From contig JAHRHZ010000085.1 in NCBI GenBank assembly GCA_024137785.1, positions 15,420,772 to 15,484,771 of the forward strand: a DNA stretch of 64,000 nucleotides, in the 5' to 3' direction. This document shows, one piece after another, positions 39,610 through 52,365 of the stretch. The position numbers and the translations under genes were made by a program. Each line of letters opens with the position of its first letter. Positions within the stretch are counted from its first letter, which is position 1. Below the pieces are notes generated by a model. The model was not told the origin of the DNA and made no database searches. It worked only from the letters and a program-made list of their open reading frames with translations. This stretch comes from Ginglymostoma cirratum. Lineage: Eukaryota.

Positions 39610-39930
39610 TAAGAGCACTCAGATGTTTGTGGCTTCAAGCCCCTCCCCAGAGTTTTGAGCACAGCATCTAGACTGAAATTTCAGATGACACTAAGAGTGT
39701 GTTTTAATCTAATCATGGTAGAGTTCAGACGACCCCAATCATTCTTTTCAAACTATTCTACTGAGGGACATGGCTGAATTTTAGGTGAGACATCAAACCA
39801 CTGCCCTCTCAGATGGATGTAGAAGATCACAAGGTACTATTTGAGTGAAAACAATGTTATCAACCCAGACTGCTGTCCTAGACCAAATATTTATCATGAG
39901 CAAACATTACCATGAAACACATTATTAGGT
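39610..39930 (+). mobile_element. Degenerate DeuSINE/AmnSINE-like element
   Basis: ctgccctctcagatggatgtagaagatc...ccaaatatttatc resembles the Deu-domain. Related to the 50183 copy. Confidence 0.5.
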
Positions 39931-40052
39931 AGAATCTTGTCTTTTCATATCTTTTGCAGGAAATGGGATAACGTCTGTAATAAAGACAACGTCTGTAATG
40001 AAGCCCTCCCCAAAGTGTGCGTAGGGAGAATCCAATCAATGCACTTTCTCAC

Positions 40053-40244
40053 CTGCCATGCCCCTATGTTTGCTGCTGATGTGATGAAAGGTTTTCTAAA
40101 GAGATGGCAGAGCTTCATCGCATCCGTTCGGATTTCTGTGACGTTGTTCACCACAATCAGTATGGCCGTCAAAGGGTAAATGCAGGAGAACAGGCTGACG
40201 TAACCGAATTGAACAAAAAGCTCCATGTACTCATCAAACATCCC
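40053..40244 (-). CDS. ano10: ANO10-like coding exon 9 ([25 protein letters not shown]...NIGAWQ)
   Basis: 192 nt, gtccag| and |gtgaga. Hallmark anoctamin TM7-TM8 Ca2+-binding region. Confidence 0.97.
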
Positions 40245-41689
40245 CTGGACAGACAAAAACAAAGGTGATAGGAATGCAAGTATCGGAGTATCAGGTTAGT
40301 CACAGACTGGGCACGGACTCCACCTCAGTTTGGTAAACTGTGCTGGCTCACATTTGGACTGCGATATAGAAGCTGGGCTGCCCCAAAGAAGGGGAATCCC
40401 ACTGATTGTCCATTTGATTTTGAGTTTTCCTGCTTATCTCTCAACAATAAAATGGTGGCTTTGGAGAATTCAATGAGCCAGGCCTAGCTCTTTTGAAGAA
40501 CAAACTGATTCTTCCTCCTCAGCCCCACCCTTCCTTCTCAAATTCTTTCATATAACGTTGATTGCTGTCTTACAGTCCATTTGAAGATGTTCTTGATCAT
40601 GCTGAGTTGCACCACCAATAAAATCATTACCATAGTTACTCACGTAGTAGAGTTCAGATTGCTCCTGTCATTCCTTATGAAACCATTCTACTGAGATGTT
40701 TCCCAGATGATATAATCTTTGGATAAATAGCACAAGTTTCAGAGTCTTTCAAATCAAAAGGTTAGTCAAAGAGTCAGAAAAAGATGCTGGTCGCCATCAA
40801 GGAACCATTTCTAAAATAAATGACCTATGCAGCTCATTTGGAAAACAAAACACATTGCTTTTCCTGTCCCTGTGCAATGATATGGTTCCTTTCTACACAG
40901 TGCTTCATTTCCCCAACCTGACTGAGAACAGATAGAACAACCCAGAGTAGAGCTGACTGAATTTGTCTAACAGGCTGCAACTATTTCCTTCTAGTATGTT
41001 CATAAATCATTAAAAGAGAAATTCAGCTTTTCTATGAAAACTAGATCAATCCCAAAACTTGTCAAGACCACCTTGTAAAAGTGAAGTTAGAGGATAATTG
41101 TCTGTGTGTCTATTAAAATATGCAATGATACCAAATGACTGCATTTTAATTTCATATCGGTACTGGGGAAGGTGGATTGGACTTATTTGAAATTTGTTAT
41201 TACTGAAAAAAAGAGACAGACTAACAAAGCTCTTTTATCCTGCCAAACAATCAGTACCCTGCTTCCCATACATGCTTTGTAATTGGTTGTTCCCTGTGAA
41301 ATTTGGTATTCCAGCATCTTTCCTGATGTGATGACTTCAAGATGAAAACCTTTAGCAGTAAGTTTGTTTTATTTTCAGCAATACTCAAGTTCTGTCCTTT
41401 CGGGTGAAAGTGGTTATTCTGAACCTCCCCAATATACAGTCAATTTAAGATGCATCAATAGCATTCTTCTTAAGATCTTACAGTGAATCAGGTAGATCTT
41501 CACCTCGTGTGACACCATAAAACAGACGATAGTGAGTGAAGGCCTGTTTTCAAGTAAAGTCATAGATGGCATGGAAAAAGACCCTTCAGTCCAACTCGTC
41601 CATGCTGACCAAGTTTCCCAAACTAAACTAGTCCGACTTGCCTGCATTTGGCTCATATCAAACTTTGTCCCCTGAAGTAAACTGTCCCT

Positions 41690-42180
41690 CTCACTTAGCA
41701 GAGCCTTGTGTCCGGTGTTGGCATTCCTGATGCCCCCCTGCTCCTGGTCTGGAAAGATCAGGTTAAACCTGGTGCGGAGTGTTCTCCCAATAAGCAACTT
41801 TGCTGGAGCTATCCCTGTAGTTGCATGAGGTATCCCTGTAGTTGCACTATAATCAAGCAAGAACCAGGATAGCTTGATATCTAGTGAAGCTGTAGGCTGT
41901 TTCTTTAAGCCTGCCTTCAAAGTTTGGGCTGGTCTTTCTGCCAGACCATTGGACGATGGATGGTATGGAGCTGACCTTATGTGTCAAATACCATTCAACT
42001 TTCAAATTGCCTGCTGGTAAATGATGGCCCGTTATCTGTGAACTACACTTCCAGGAGTCCATGTATTGCAAAAGATGCACATAGTTTTTTCTATTGTTGT
42101 CACCATGTTCTTCCAATTTTTTGTCCTGTTGATTTAAGTTGAAGCATGGGTAATGTGGATCTCATTATCCTGTCTACCAT
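41690..42180 (-). mobile_element. Gypsy integrase C-terminal remnant
   Basis: FLLDY...PHATTGIAPAKLLIGRTLRTRFNL, with frameshifted PYHPSSNGLAER upstream. Confidence 0.8.
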
Positions 42181-43395
42181 TTCCCTCACCAAGTTGTTAG
42201 GTCTTGCTTTCTCCAGTGCACCCAAGACTAATAATCTCAAAACTACCAGACTCTTCTCTTTTCTTACAATTGCAGAAACTCTGCTTCTCGCTATTACTGG
42301 ACTTTAGAGCCTTGGCATCCCTATCCTTTTCGGAGTGCCAAGCTCGATCCCAAATCCTAGGACGTTCTCTGAGAGCTTGCAGTACCTCAGACTACGTAAC
42401 TCTCGCTGCCATACCTTCAGAGACCAGGATCCCTCTCTCTGATCTCAAGACAGCTGCCTCAGCACTCCTGGAACCTCCTCATTCAATTTTCCCAAACCCT
42501 TGGATCCTCCCTCTCCTGATTCCAACTACCTCACCATTCCTAGCACTCCCAGAACAAAAGTTGCCTTTTCCAGTGCACCCCAATCTCAATGGTGACTAAA
42601 ATTCTGAACAGCTGGCATCGCTGATTAATGCTGCTTGGCATCCATCATCTTCTAAAATCTCCAGCTGATGGTAAGAAATGGTATGCGGGTTCTGCCTGTA
42701 CCTCATTCAACATATCCAGAGGAAAATAAGGACAAGAGATCTCTGTGAAAATCAAACACAACCAACTCCCAAGAGTTTTGGCAGGGCCCAAAGCTGTCAC
42801 CTTCCTATAAAGCAATAGTGCCCTCAAGTGGAGGAAATAATATCCAGCGAGAAGCAAGATCCAGTCAGGGAAGGAAGCAAAGAAGATCCAATGTTAAATT
42901 CCACAAGATACAAGAAGAACATCTTCAAGTAACATTCACTGACTGTATTTTATCTTGAACGTCATAGAAACCAGGACCATACAACACACAGGAGAAAGCC
43001 TTTGGTCACAATAACCAGTGTGTAATCCACCAAGTAATATATTTCAAATGTAAGGGGGGAATCACTTTTTAATTACACTATTTCAAGATATTTACCAAAT
43101 ATTCTACAACAGAATGAAACATCACGAGTATACTTTATATTTACAATATTCTTTTGCCCATTACATGCCTGGAGCATGCATTTTTAAGAAATAAAACAAC
43201 AGATCTCTTGAATCTTTCTGCTTTGCAATTTATGAACTGAAGAATCCCACTCATAGGCGAAACTAAACAAGTTGAACATATATATATACTTTTGAAAATG
43301 CAAACCACTCAGCGGAGAGTATTCTGAATATTTAAATAGAACAAGACAACATTTTTTTAACAGTAATTAACAATGATTATTATGACACTACTTAC

Positions 43396-43569
43396 AGGAA
43401 ATGACGGCATCTGTCCTTGTAATTTGATTTTGTCAATTTCTGGTGCATTTTCCATTGTCTTTTTCTTCAAACCTGCCCCTTTTCCTTTAAGGGTCTGGTA
43501 GAGATAGGGCACCAATGTCTCTATGAATTGATTGATGATCTGAGTCAGAACGAGGAGTGATGCAAGTTT
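43396..43569 (-). CDS. ano10: ANO10-like coding exon 8 (KLASLLVLTQIINQFIETLVPYLYQ...QMPSFP)
   Basis: 174 nt, cctag| and |gtaagt. Matches [22 protein letters not shown] (TM6). Confidence 0.93.
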
Positions 43570-44422
43570 CTAGGATGCAAAGGACAGCAGTGAGATTTGA
43601 AAACCGAAAGCTTTCTTTTAAAAAGACGGATGTCTAGAAATGACTGAAAATCAGCCATCCTAGCTATTTGTAAGAGATACCTGAGTCTGTTATTTTAATG
43701 AGTACATTAACCTATTCCATAAATGGGGTTAAGGCCATGGTAATGTATAGTGAGCAGTTGGAATTTCTTCAGTGCTTGTCAAGCACTTATCTACAGAAAT
43801 TAACATGAGATGGAGGTGTTGTTGTGAGAGTATAGAGGCACTTCAAGACTCAGTTCAGAGAGGAGTGCAATTGACAGTCTAATTATTTATATGGTGTTAC
43901 CAGAGATTGAGGATCTCGGGATTTAGTTTTTACAAGCTGAACACTTCTCCTCCTCTAGAAATGTGAACAGGTCAGATGAAAATGTGCCCACATATGGGAA
44001 GCAGACCTATATTATGCTGATCCTCTACATGGGCAAAATCAATTCATATATTTGAGTTACAAGGAATAATAATTGCATTTTGATCACAGAGGTCCAGTTG
44101 ACATTCAAACATTATTGGTGTGACTTATTGGAGTCTAGGAGAGATCCAAAGCTGCTATCTGTGTAAATGTACTCATGTTTGTTGTTAGTTTTAATGTCTA
44201 CAAGTGTCATGGGGCTTCAGTTTACATAGATTTATGAATCAAACTCTCTCACAATCTGAATAAAGTTTCAAGTGTCTCAGGTATTTATCAGTGGCATCAT
44301 GAAGGTTGCCCGACTAGATCACAGCTGCCACTCACTGTTTGTACCAGCTTCTATTAAATCCTGTTAAAAAGAAATGCAGCCATAGATGCTTTATATCTGG
44401 ACACAGATTTCAAACTGCCTAC

Positions 44423-44497
44423 CTTTCTGAGGAGCTCTAGGTCCTGGAGGTAGAGTGAGATGTAAAACAGCGCAGCAAAACAATTGACAAAGCGAAA
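44423..44497 (-). CDS. ano10: ANO10-like coding exon 7 (FRFVNCFAALFYISLYLQDLELLRK)
   Basis: 75 nt, tttctag| and |gtaggc. Matches [25 protein letters not shown]. Confidence 0.94.
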
Positions 44498-44829
44498 CTA
44501 GAAATGAAATGCGAAATTAATCATTGTCTCTAGACTTAAAATGTTGTGATTGCTATAATTAGCTATTAGCTGAGTACTAAGGAAGTCTCAAATGTGAAAC
44601 TCTCCAGGAGTTGCCATAAAGGATTTTTCTGTAAAAAAGTCCTATCTGATCTGTTCATAGTGTTCAGACAATGAACACTTATGCACCAGTGAAGTGGGTG
44701 AAATAGTACCAAACCGGATGAAATTGTCACATGATAAGGATGGATACGATAATGAAATGGTGATGTATGTCAACAATGACATCAGCAGTCACATGTAAGA
44801 GACAGGGAGGAAAAGATGGTTTAGTTTGC

Positions 44830-45330
44830 ATTAAAGAGAGAGAGGAGGGAGGAAGCAAACATGTAGGTGTTACACCTCCTACAATTTCAGGAGAAGGTGC
44901 GGTGGAGTGAGGGGTTGTGTTGGGAATGAAGGAGGAGTATATCAGGATGTCCCAGAGGGAACAGTCCCTGCAGAATGCTGACAAGAGGGAAGGGAAATGT
45001 GTGTTTGGTGGTGGCGTCCTGCTGGTGGTGGTGGAAATGGTGGCTAATGATCTTTTGGATGTGAATGCTGGTGGGATGGTGGTGATGTGGGAGAGAAGAG
45101 AGGGGGTGAGGACCGAAGTTGAACACAGCTGACGCCCTGTCAAACATGGTGGTGGAGAATCCTCAGCTGAGGAAGAAGGTGAATATTTCGGACAGCTCTT
45201 TGTAGAAGCCAGCATCATCAGAACAGATGTGATGGAGATAGGGTAACTGGGAGAATGGAATAGAGTCTTTAGAGGAACAAAGTATGAGAAAGTCCAGGTA
45301 ACTGTTGGGGACAGTGGGCTTGGAATGGCT
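44830..45330 (-). mobile_element. Penelope-like element RT/linker remnant
   Basis: KPTVPNSYLDF...KDSIPFSQLPYLHHICSDDAGF resembles the Penelope KPTDSHSYLDY...SIPFSQFLRLRRICS motif. Confidence 0.75.
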
Positions 45331-45510
45331 GATTAACCAGTCTGCCGTGCAAGAGCTTGTCAAAAACTTTGCTGAAGTCCATGTAGACCACATCGATTGC
45401 ACTACCCTAGCTATCTCCACGAAAAAAAATCGGTAAAACTAATCAGATATGATTTCCCCCTTTCAAAGCCACGCTGACTGTCCTTGATTGATCCTTGCCT
45501 CAATTTTCAA
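45331..45510 (-). mobile_element. CR1 RT fragment
   Basis: Minus strand DVVYMDFSKVFDKLLHGRL. Confidence 0.7.
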
Positions 45511-45686
45511 GGGAAAGACAAACGAGATGTCCACTGCCTCACAACACTATCGTGCCCAACTGCTTGCAAAGTGCATGTGTTCACCTCCCTCTTTTCGAAT
45601 GATGGCAAGTTGTGACTTGGAGCTGAGAGAGTATTCACCTTAAAACGATGGCAAATTTGAAAATGCAGCAAGTGCTTTGTACTTAC

Positions 45687-45742
45687 CACCAACACTTTGA
45701 TTGTCAAATAGTTTTGAAAGGATGATTCTAAACGATGATTTT
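45687..45742 (-). CDS. ano10: ANO10-like coding exon 6 (ENHRLESSFQNYLTIKVLV)
   Basis: 56 nt, ttgcag| and |gtaagt. Matches ENHRLESAYQNHLILKVLV. Confidence 0.95.
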
Positions 45743-45894
45743 CTGCAATAAAATTTCAACAAGCTTTAGAAATTATTTCAGTTGTCTCTCTCATCGCTCT
45801 TTGCCATATTATCGTTTCGCGGGTACTGTTTTTCACTGACACCTCTCCCCTATCCCACATTTAACCGCTCGTATGTCTATTGTCATCCTAAGCC

Positions 45895-46110
45895 TTTGGG
45901 TCTGTTACGGTGCAGTAGTAGTATTCCTAGCTCTGTGCCAGGAGGCCTGAGTTTAAATCCCACTTGATCCAGATGTGTGTAATAACATCTCTGAACTGAA
46001 TGATTAGACAACAGGTTAGGTTTTTGTGGCACAAAGCTGATATCCCTACGTTTGAACTGGAAAGCCTGGATTCAAGTCCCACCTTCTCCACAGGTATGTC
46101 ATACCCTTAG
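45895..46110 (+). mobile_element. Tandem pair of short tRNA-like SINE units
   Basis: Two successive units with cctgagtttaaatcccac and cctggattcaagtcccac B-box-like motifs. Confidence 0.45.
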
Positions 46111-46493
46111 CAACACCAAAAGATGAAACACTTGTGTAGCTATTTTTCTCTACTATTTAAAATACATTCACAGGATGTGGACATCGATGGCTGGGCCAAC
46201 ATTTATTGCCCATCTCTAACTTCCTAGTGGCCACCTACCTTCTAAACTACTGCAGTACATGGATTGTAGGTTGACCCGCTGTCTGTTAGGTAGTACCAGG
46301 ATTTTGACCCAGTGGCAGGGAAGGAATGATGATAAATCTCCACATCAGGGTGGTGAATGGCTTGGAGGGGAACGTGCAGATGGTGGCGTTCCCGTGTATT
46401 TGCTGCACTTGTCATTCCGGATGTAAGTGGACATAGGTTTGGAAGGTACTGTCTCAAGAGCCTTGGTGAGTTACAGCAGTGCATACAATAGTA

Positions 46494-46850
46494 GGGAGGT
46501 GATGGCCTCATGGTATTATCGCTGGATTGTTAACTCAGAGACCCAGATAATGGTCTGGGGACCTGGGTTCGAATCCCGCCATGGCAGTTGGCGGAATTTG
46601 AATTCAATAAATATCTGGAACTAAGAGTCTAATGATGACCATGAATCCATTGTCGATTGTTGGGAAAAACCCACCTGGTTCACTAATGTCCATTGGGGAA
46701 GGAAACTGCTATCCTTACCTGGTCTGGCCTACATTTGACTCCAGACCCACAGCAATGTGGTTGACTCTTAACAGCCCTCTGGGCAATTAGAGATGGACAA
46801 TAAATGCTGCTTGGCCAGCGACACCCTCATCCCATGAATGAATAAAGGGG
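46494..46850 (+). mobile_element. Full-length tRNA-derived SINE (MER131/MetaSINE-like core, LINE-type tail)
   Basis: Head gggaggtgatggcctcatggtattatc...ggttcgaatccc, core ttcactaatgtcc...ggtctggcctaca, tail catcccatgaatgaataaa. Confidence 0.8.
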
Positions 46851-47132
46851 AAAAGAAATCCTGTAGACGGTACACACTGCTGCTCCTGTGTGTAGGTAGT
46901 GAAGGGAGTAAATGTTGAAGGAGTTGGTGTGATGCTAATTAATTGTCTTGGTTGGTATCAAACTTCTGGAGAGTGTTGATTAAGCTGTCTGCATCGAAGA
47001 AAGTGGAAAGTTTCCATCACACTCCTGTTTTGTGACTTATAGATGGTTGACAGGCTTTTGGGAGACAGGATGTGAGTCACATGTCACTGAATTCCTAGCC
47101 CCTAACCTGCTCTTGTGTTCACAATATTTATA

Positions 47133-47481
47133 TCATAAAATGATAGCATCCCTACAGTGTGGGAGCAGGCCATGTGACCCATTAGATCCACACCGACCAT
47201 CTGAAGAGCATCTCACCAAGACCCATCGCCCCCATCCTATCCCGGTAGTCATGTATTTCCCAAGGGACGTCCCTGGACACTGTGGGTAATTTAGCATGGC
47301 TTATCCACCTAACCTGCACATCTTTGGACTGTGGAAGGAAACCAGAGCTTCCAGAAGAAACCCATGCCAACAAGGGGAGAATGTGCAAACTCCACACAGA
47401 CAGTCGCCTGAGACTGGGATTGAACCCAGGTCCCTGGCACTGTGAGGCAGCAGTGCTAACAACTGAGCCACTGTGCCACCC
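47133..47481 (-). mobile_element. HE1/V-SINE-like SINE, full length
   Basis: Reverse-strand match to 24177-24532. Confidence 0.85.
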
Positions 47482-48366
47482 ATGGCTAGTTTTGTTCATT
47501 TTCTGGTAAATGATAACCCCCAGGGTATTAATAAGTGGATGACTCAGCAACAGTAATGTCAAGGGGCAGTGGTTAGATTCTTTTTTATTGAATAAGTCAT
47601 CACCTGGCACTTGTGTGGCATGAATGTTTCTTGCCACTTTTCAGACCAAGCCTGGATTTTGTCCAGGCATTGCTGCATCCAGAAAAGGACTGTTTCAATA
47701 TCTGAGGAGCTGCAAAATGGTGTTAAAAGCTATGCACACATCAGTCAACATCACCACTTCTGTTCTTATGATGGGAGAAGATCATTGATTTAATAGTTGA
47801 AGTTGATTGAACCTAGGACAATACCCTGAGAGATATCCTGGGACTGAGATGACTGACCTCCAATAACCACAACCATCTTCCATTGTGCTCAGTAACACTC
47901 CTATCAATAGAGGGGTTTTCCGCTGATTCTCATTGACTCCAGTTTTGCTTGGGCCCCTTGATGTGACAGTTAGTTGAATGCTGCCTGGATGTCAAACACG
48001 GTCACTTTCACCTCACCTCTGGAGTTCAATTCTTTCGTCTGTGTCTGGACCAAGACTGCAATAAGGTCATGTTTCTGGTGGAACTCAATCTGGGCATCAG
48101 TGAGCAACGTATTGCTTTGCAAGTGCTTGACAATTCACTGTTGATGACCCCTTCCATCACTTTGCTGATGATTAAAAGGCTATTGGTCAGATTGGCTATG
48201 TCCTGTATTTTGTAAGCTGGACATGTCTGGCTAATTGTGGCATCCAACCTGCACACAACAATACGTCATTTATCAGATAACTTGTTCTACTAAAGTTTGT
48301 TGGATGGGCCACAGGGAATCTATTTTTCCCAGTTCTTCTTCAAGAGAGTGTTACAGATTCTCAAAT

Positions 48367-48685
48367 GTTAGCACTGCTGCCTCGTAGCGCCAGGGACCCG
48401 GGTTCGATTCCACCCTCGGGCGACTGTCTGTGTGGAGTTTGAACATTCTCCCCGTGTCTGCAAGGCTTTCCTCCAGGTGCTCTGGTTTCCTCCCACAGTC
48501 CAAATATGTGCAGGTTGTGGGGGGTGGATTGGCCATGCTAAATTGCCCGGAGTGTCCAGGGATGTGCAGACTAGGTGGATCAGTCATGGGAAATGCAGGG
48601 GTGGGTCTGGGTGGGATGCTTTTCGGAGGGTCCATGTGAAGTAGATTGTCTGAATAGCCTGATTCTACACTATAGGGATTCTATG
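48367..48685 (+). mobile_element. HE1/V-SINE-like SINE (5'-clipped)
   Basis: gttagcactgctgcctcgtagcgccagggacccgggttcgattcc...tatagggattctatga. Confidence 0.85.
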
Positions 48686-49292
48686 AATTTTTAGATCTTG
48701 TTGAGAGGTCAAAGGTTTGCAAACACCCCTCAGATAACAAATTTCAAGATTCTGAGGAGACGGTGCTACCACTGAACTCCAGCTGACACCTACATAATAT
48801 GGCCATTAGTCCACCCCATTGTGGTACTCCTTTACTGGCACAATTTGAGTTATATTAGTGTCCCTGAAACTCAGAAGGAAATCCACCAAGGAGATAAGAT
48901 GGTTCATAGAGACAGTGAACTGACACATGATACGTCACTGACTCGATATATTCCTAATCCAAAGATCTACTGCTTTCACCACTCATTCTCTCCTTCTTAT
49001 AGTTAATGGACAAGTGAAAAACAAAAAAAAAGTCACAACTTCTTGAATGGCCGTGTGATTTTCTTTCTCCTGGGTTGCTCTCAGCGTATCCGGGAGGTGA
49101 CCTTTAATTCCTAAAAGGTCCAGCCCGGTTCTGAAGGGTTGACAAACTAAGCTTGTGTATTGTAGCCACAATACACTGTGACCAGCAATGCCTTACAACT
49201 TCCTGCTAAAATGGCTCAGCTGGACAATATTGCCACAGTCTGTGTGTACCTGAAGAGTTGCTCCCTGCTGACTGTTTTCAACCCGCACTTAC

Positions 49293-49859
49293 CCCATTCA
49301 GTGAGTACTTCAGCAACCACTTTGTACAGACTGTTCATGCCAGTAACATAAAGAGTGTGAAGAATACTCGGTAGGTATAATGCACAGGCCCAGCAGCCAT
49401 CATTTTCACTGTGATAGGTCTTGAGCCATGCCTCTGCCCTGAAGAAAATAAACATCCCAAACAGAGAGAGGCTCAGGAACAAACACAGTACTGGCACAGA
49501 AACACACCAAATTTTCACTTTGCGTTTCCATGCAGGATAGTAGGGCTGGTAGCGATGGGTGATCGGATTTGTTGCCATTGGGCCTTTATAACCCACACGG
49601 GGCTCCTCAAACTGGCTGTTCATCTGCATGGTGCCCCAGGTGTATGACAGAACGGAACTGTGGCGTTTCCACAACTCCATGACCACAGTCGACCAAATAA
49701 TGTTGAAAAATGAAAAGAGGATGCACTTGTCAATTGTGTCCATTGATAGAACGACCACTGTGGTACCAAAGGCTGCTATTGGCATCAACGAACAGGTAAA
49801 GAATTCAAGAAAACTGAAGTACATGGCAACAGAACCACCGAAATATCTATAAATCGAGT
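49293..49859 (-). CDS. ano10: ANO10-like coding exon 5, large exon (DSIYRYFGGSVAMYFSFLEFF...ELWKR...AEVLTEW)
   Basis: 567 nt, ttttacag| and |gtaagt, phase 1/1. Matches TMEM16K TM1-TM4 ([21 protein letters not shown]...FEEPR...LTSWE). Confidence 0.97.
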
Positions 49860-50182
49860 CTGTAAAAGAAACATACACAAACATGAAAGAATAGTCATGC
49901 TGTGTGTTTTCCACTGCTATAAATACCATTGACCCGTTTCTTTTCTATCATGGGTAATCCCGGGTAATAGAAAAATATGGCAATTTTCTTCATCCACGTT
50001 TTGGTACCCCCTCTTCCTCTCTACTTGTGGTTTTCCTTCTAATTTGGCATCCTTGCCTCCTCTGAACAGGGCCTTGCTGTGACATTAGGCTAAGACCCAA
50101 CCACAGTGAATGGAGAGGTCTGATCGACAAACAGGGTGCATTCTTGTGTTCTCATGTGACACATTTCCTGCATATTCCATAA

Positions 50183-50580
50183 TAAAAGAAGATTTGCATT
50201 TATATAGCACTTTTTGTGACCACTGAATGTCTTAAAACACTTTAGGGCCAATTAAATACTTTGAAAGTGCAGCGTCAGGAAGTCCCTTTACGCGTAGTGA
50301 TCTCCCATAAACAGCAATGTGATGCTGACCAGGTAATCCGCTGTGTGATGTTGATTGAGGGATAAATATTGGTCAGGATATCAAGGACAACCTACAAAAA
50401 TGGTGTCATGGGGTCTTCTATCAGAGATGACAAGAAAAGACCTTGGATTAATGAAACAACAGTGGGGCACTCCCTCAGTACTGGACTGTTAGACTTGATT
50501 TTTGTGCTCAAACTTTGGAATGGAATTGAACCCAGAAGTTTGTGACTCAGAGATGAGAGAGTCTTTCAACTGAGCCACAT
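50183..50580 (-). mobile_element. DeuSINE (AmnSINE1/SacSINE1-like) element
   Basis: Reverse complement contains ccaatatttatccctcaatcaacatcac...cacattgctgtttatgggag and the tail gtgctatataaatgcaaatcttcttt, as recalled for Deu-domain SINEs. tRNA-like head near 50520-50580. Confidence 0.7.
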
Positions 50581-51326
50581 GTGATACAAGAATGTACACT
50601 CACTCCAATAATTTGCTAAAATCCCCTGATGCATTAAATGTGGCTTCATGAAAGAGCCCTGATGCATCGCATGATCAATATGTAATTCCACCACCATATC
50701 TCACTTTGCTTGGTGTAGGATCCTTGTCATATCCTTTAATGCCGCACCAAGATACTGAAAACATTTTCTTACCAAAGGTATAAGAATTCTACCATGCATT
50801 ATGTGATTTAACTTGTTAGTTTTTTAAAAGAAAATTGTGAGTAGGTACTTCTATGGTGAAGAAAACACCAACATGAATTAGAATAATAAAGTAAAATAAT
50901 AAAGTAACAGACAATTACAGAAAAGAATGAGATTACCATCACAACATTTACAGCCAAATGAGAATAGTGCAAGCACCAAACTTGCTTAAAGTGGAATAAT
51001 AGTCAAAAACACAATGTAAGGCAAAACCAATTAACACCAGTGGGTAAACTGAGATGAGTGGCATTAATGGTGAGACTAGACTAAGGGTAACCATAAAAAG
51101 CCATTTGGGTTGATTGTGATAAAGGACAGTTCCAATCTCATGGCATTAGTATCTTAAAAGTTTCAGACATAATATGTAGGGTTCTGAAGGAAGAAACCAG
51201 CTTCTGGGACAGACAAACAACTGTCCCTCAGGGAGTGGGAGGCATAGATGTATTGAACAGTGCTTGGGCAGCCCTGCCCCCTATAATATAGCTTATGAAG
51301 TCACCTTCAAAGTATGGTCTACTCAC

Positions 51327-51446
51327 CAATGGGCTGTAAGCTCAAATTCCTATAAGAATACCAGCGAGTTCCCAGTTCACACAGAATTTGCTCATCATGC
51401 AATGGATAGAATGCATGCAGAATCTTGCTTTTCTGTAGCCTGTTGA
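51327..51446 (-). CDS. ano10: ANO10-like coding exon 4 (FNRLQKSKILHAFYPLHDEQILCELGTRWYSYRNLSLQPI); not in the ORF track
   Basis: 120 nt, ccttcag| and |gtgagt, phase 1/1. Matches VFPLHD...TWY...QPI. Confidence 0.93.
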
Positions 51447-52365
51447 CTGAAGGCAAGACACATGTGAATTGGCAATGTAGACATGGAGCACAGCTGCCTC
51501 TTGCATTGGTCTCTCAAAGTTACAGGTTATACTCTTAGGTCCCTTATTATAAAGTGTTAAAACTCTTTCAAATTAAGTGAAACTCCACATTGAAAATGCA
51601 GTTAATTATGGAATAAATGTTCAGACTCCACTTTTTAAAATAGTCTGGGAAAATGGATAAAATTGTATTTATTTACTATTGAGAGAGGGTTAGGCATGTA
51701 CTAATATGATGTGGGAATTAAACAATACATAGTCTTTGCTGATAATGTTATATTTCTTGAAGAATAGTAAATGTTGGGTTTTGATAGCAGTTCAGAAGCC
51801 TTCATCATTAACAGGTACCAGCCTGCAAATCACAGAGGTTACTCAATTCTACTATCACACTACGTCATTTTGGGATTTGAACTCACAGTAAGGGTCACCC
51901 TGTACAATATCAATAAGGCTGGTATCTGGATTGTACTGGAAATATCCTTCTTGGTTCAATACTGCCTAGACCAGTACTTGATTGTACTGGCATTTCCTCA
52001 TCTCTTAAGCCAATCTTTCGTCATGCAGCCACAAGTTTTAGCTAACTCTGTTTATATTCAAAACAAACAGTCTAAGCCTTATTCAGTCATGCTGCTCACA
52101 TGTTAATATTTTTGGTTTGCCTGATAGGGAGGAGAAGGGATTGATTTCCATCAAATCCAACTTTATTTAATCTATGATTCCATCAGCAGATCTTAGGCTG
52201 TTGTTCCACTTTCCTGTAATGGATCAAGAATCTGCATTCACACTCATACCCATTGTTTCATTTTCTTCCTACCCATCCTCAGCTATGGAGAAAATAAAAT
52301 GGTTTTCTCGTGGTTCCTGAATAATTACCAGGCGTTTTGTTTTTGAATCAACTCCTGCCATTCAT

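Larger units (their letters stand above)
46160..48240 (-). mobile_element. CR1/L2-clade LINE fragment interrupted by two SINE insertions
   Basis: Reverse complement of the 55490-56222 family from its tail (46160) to RT-like SKVMEGVINS (~48150). Interrupted at 46494-46850 and 47133-47481. Confidence 0.7.

Noticed and set aside
42204-42860. Possible additional LTR-retrotransposon gag remnant
   Set aside because: Purine-skewed and suggestive, but no motif is clear enough to support a call.
49860-49929. 5' extension of the 237-aa ORF (MVFIAVENTQ...)
   Set aside because: Intronic. Homology begins at the acceptor at 49859.
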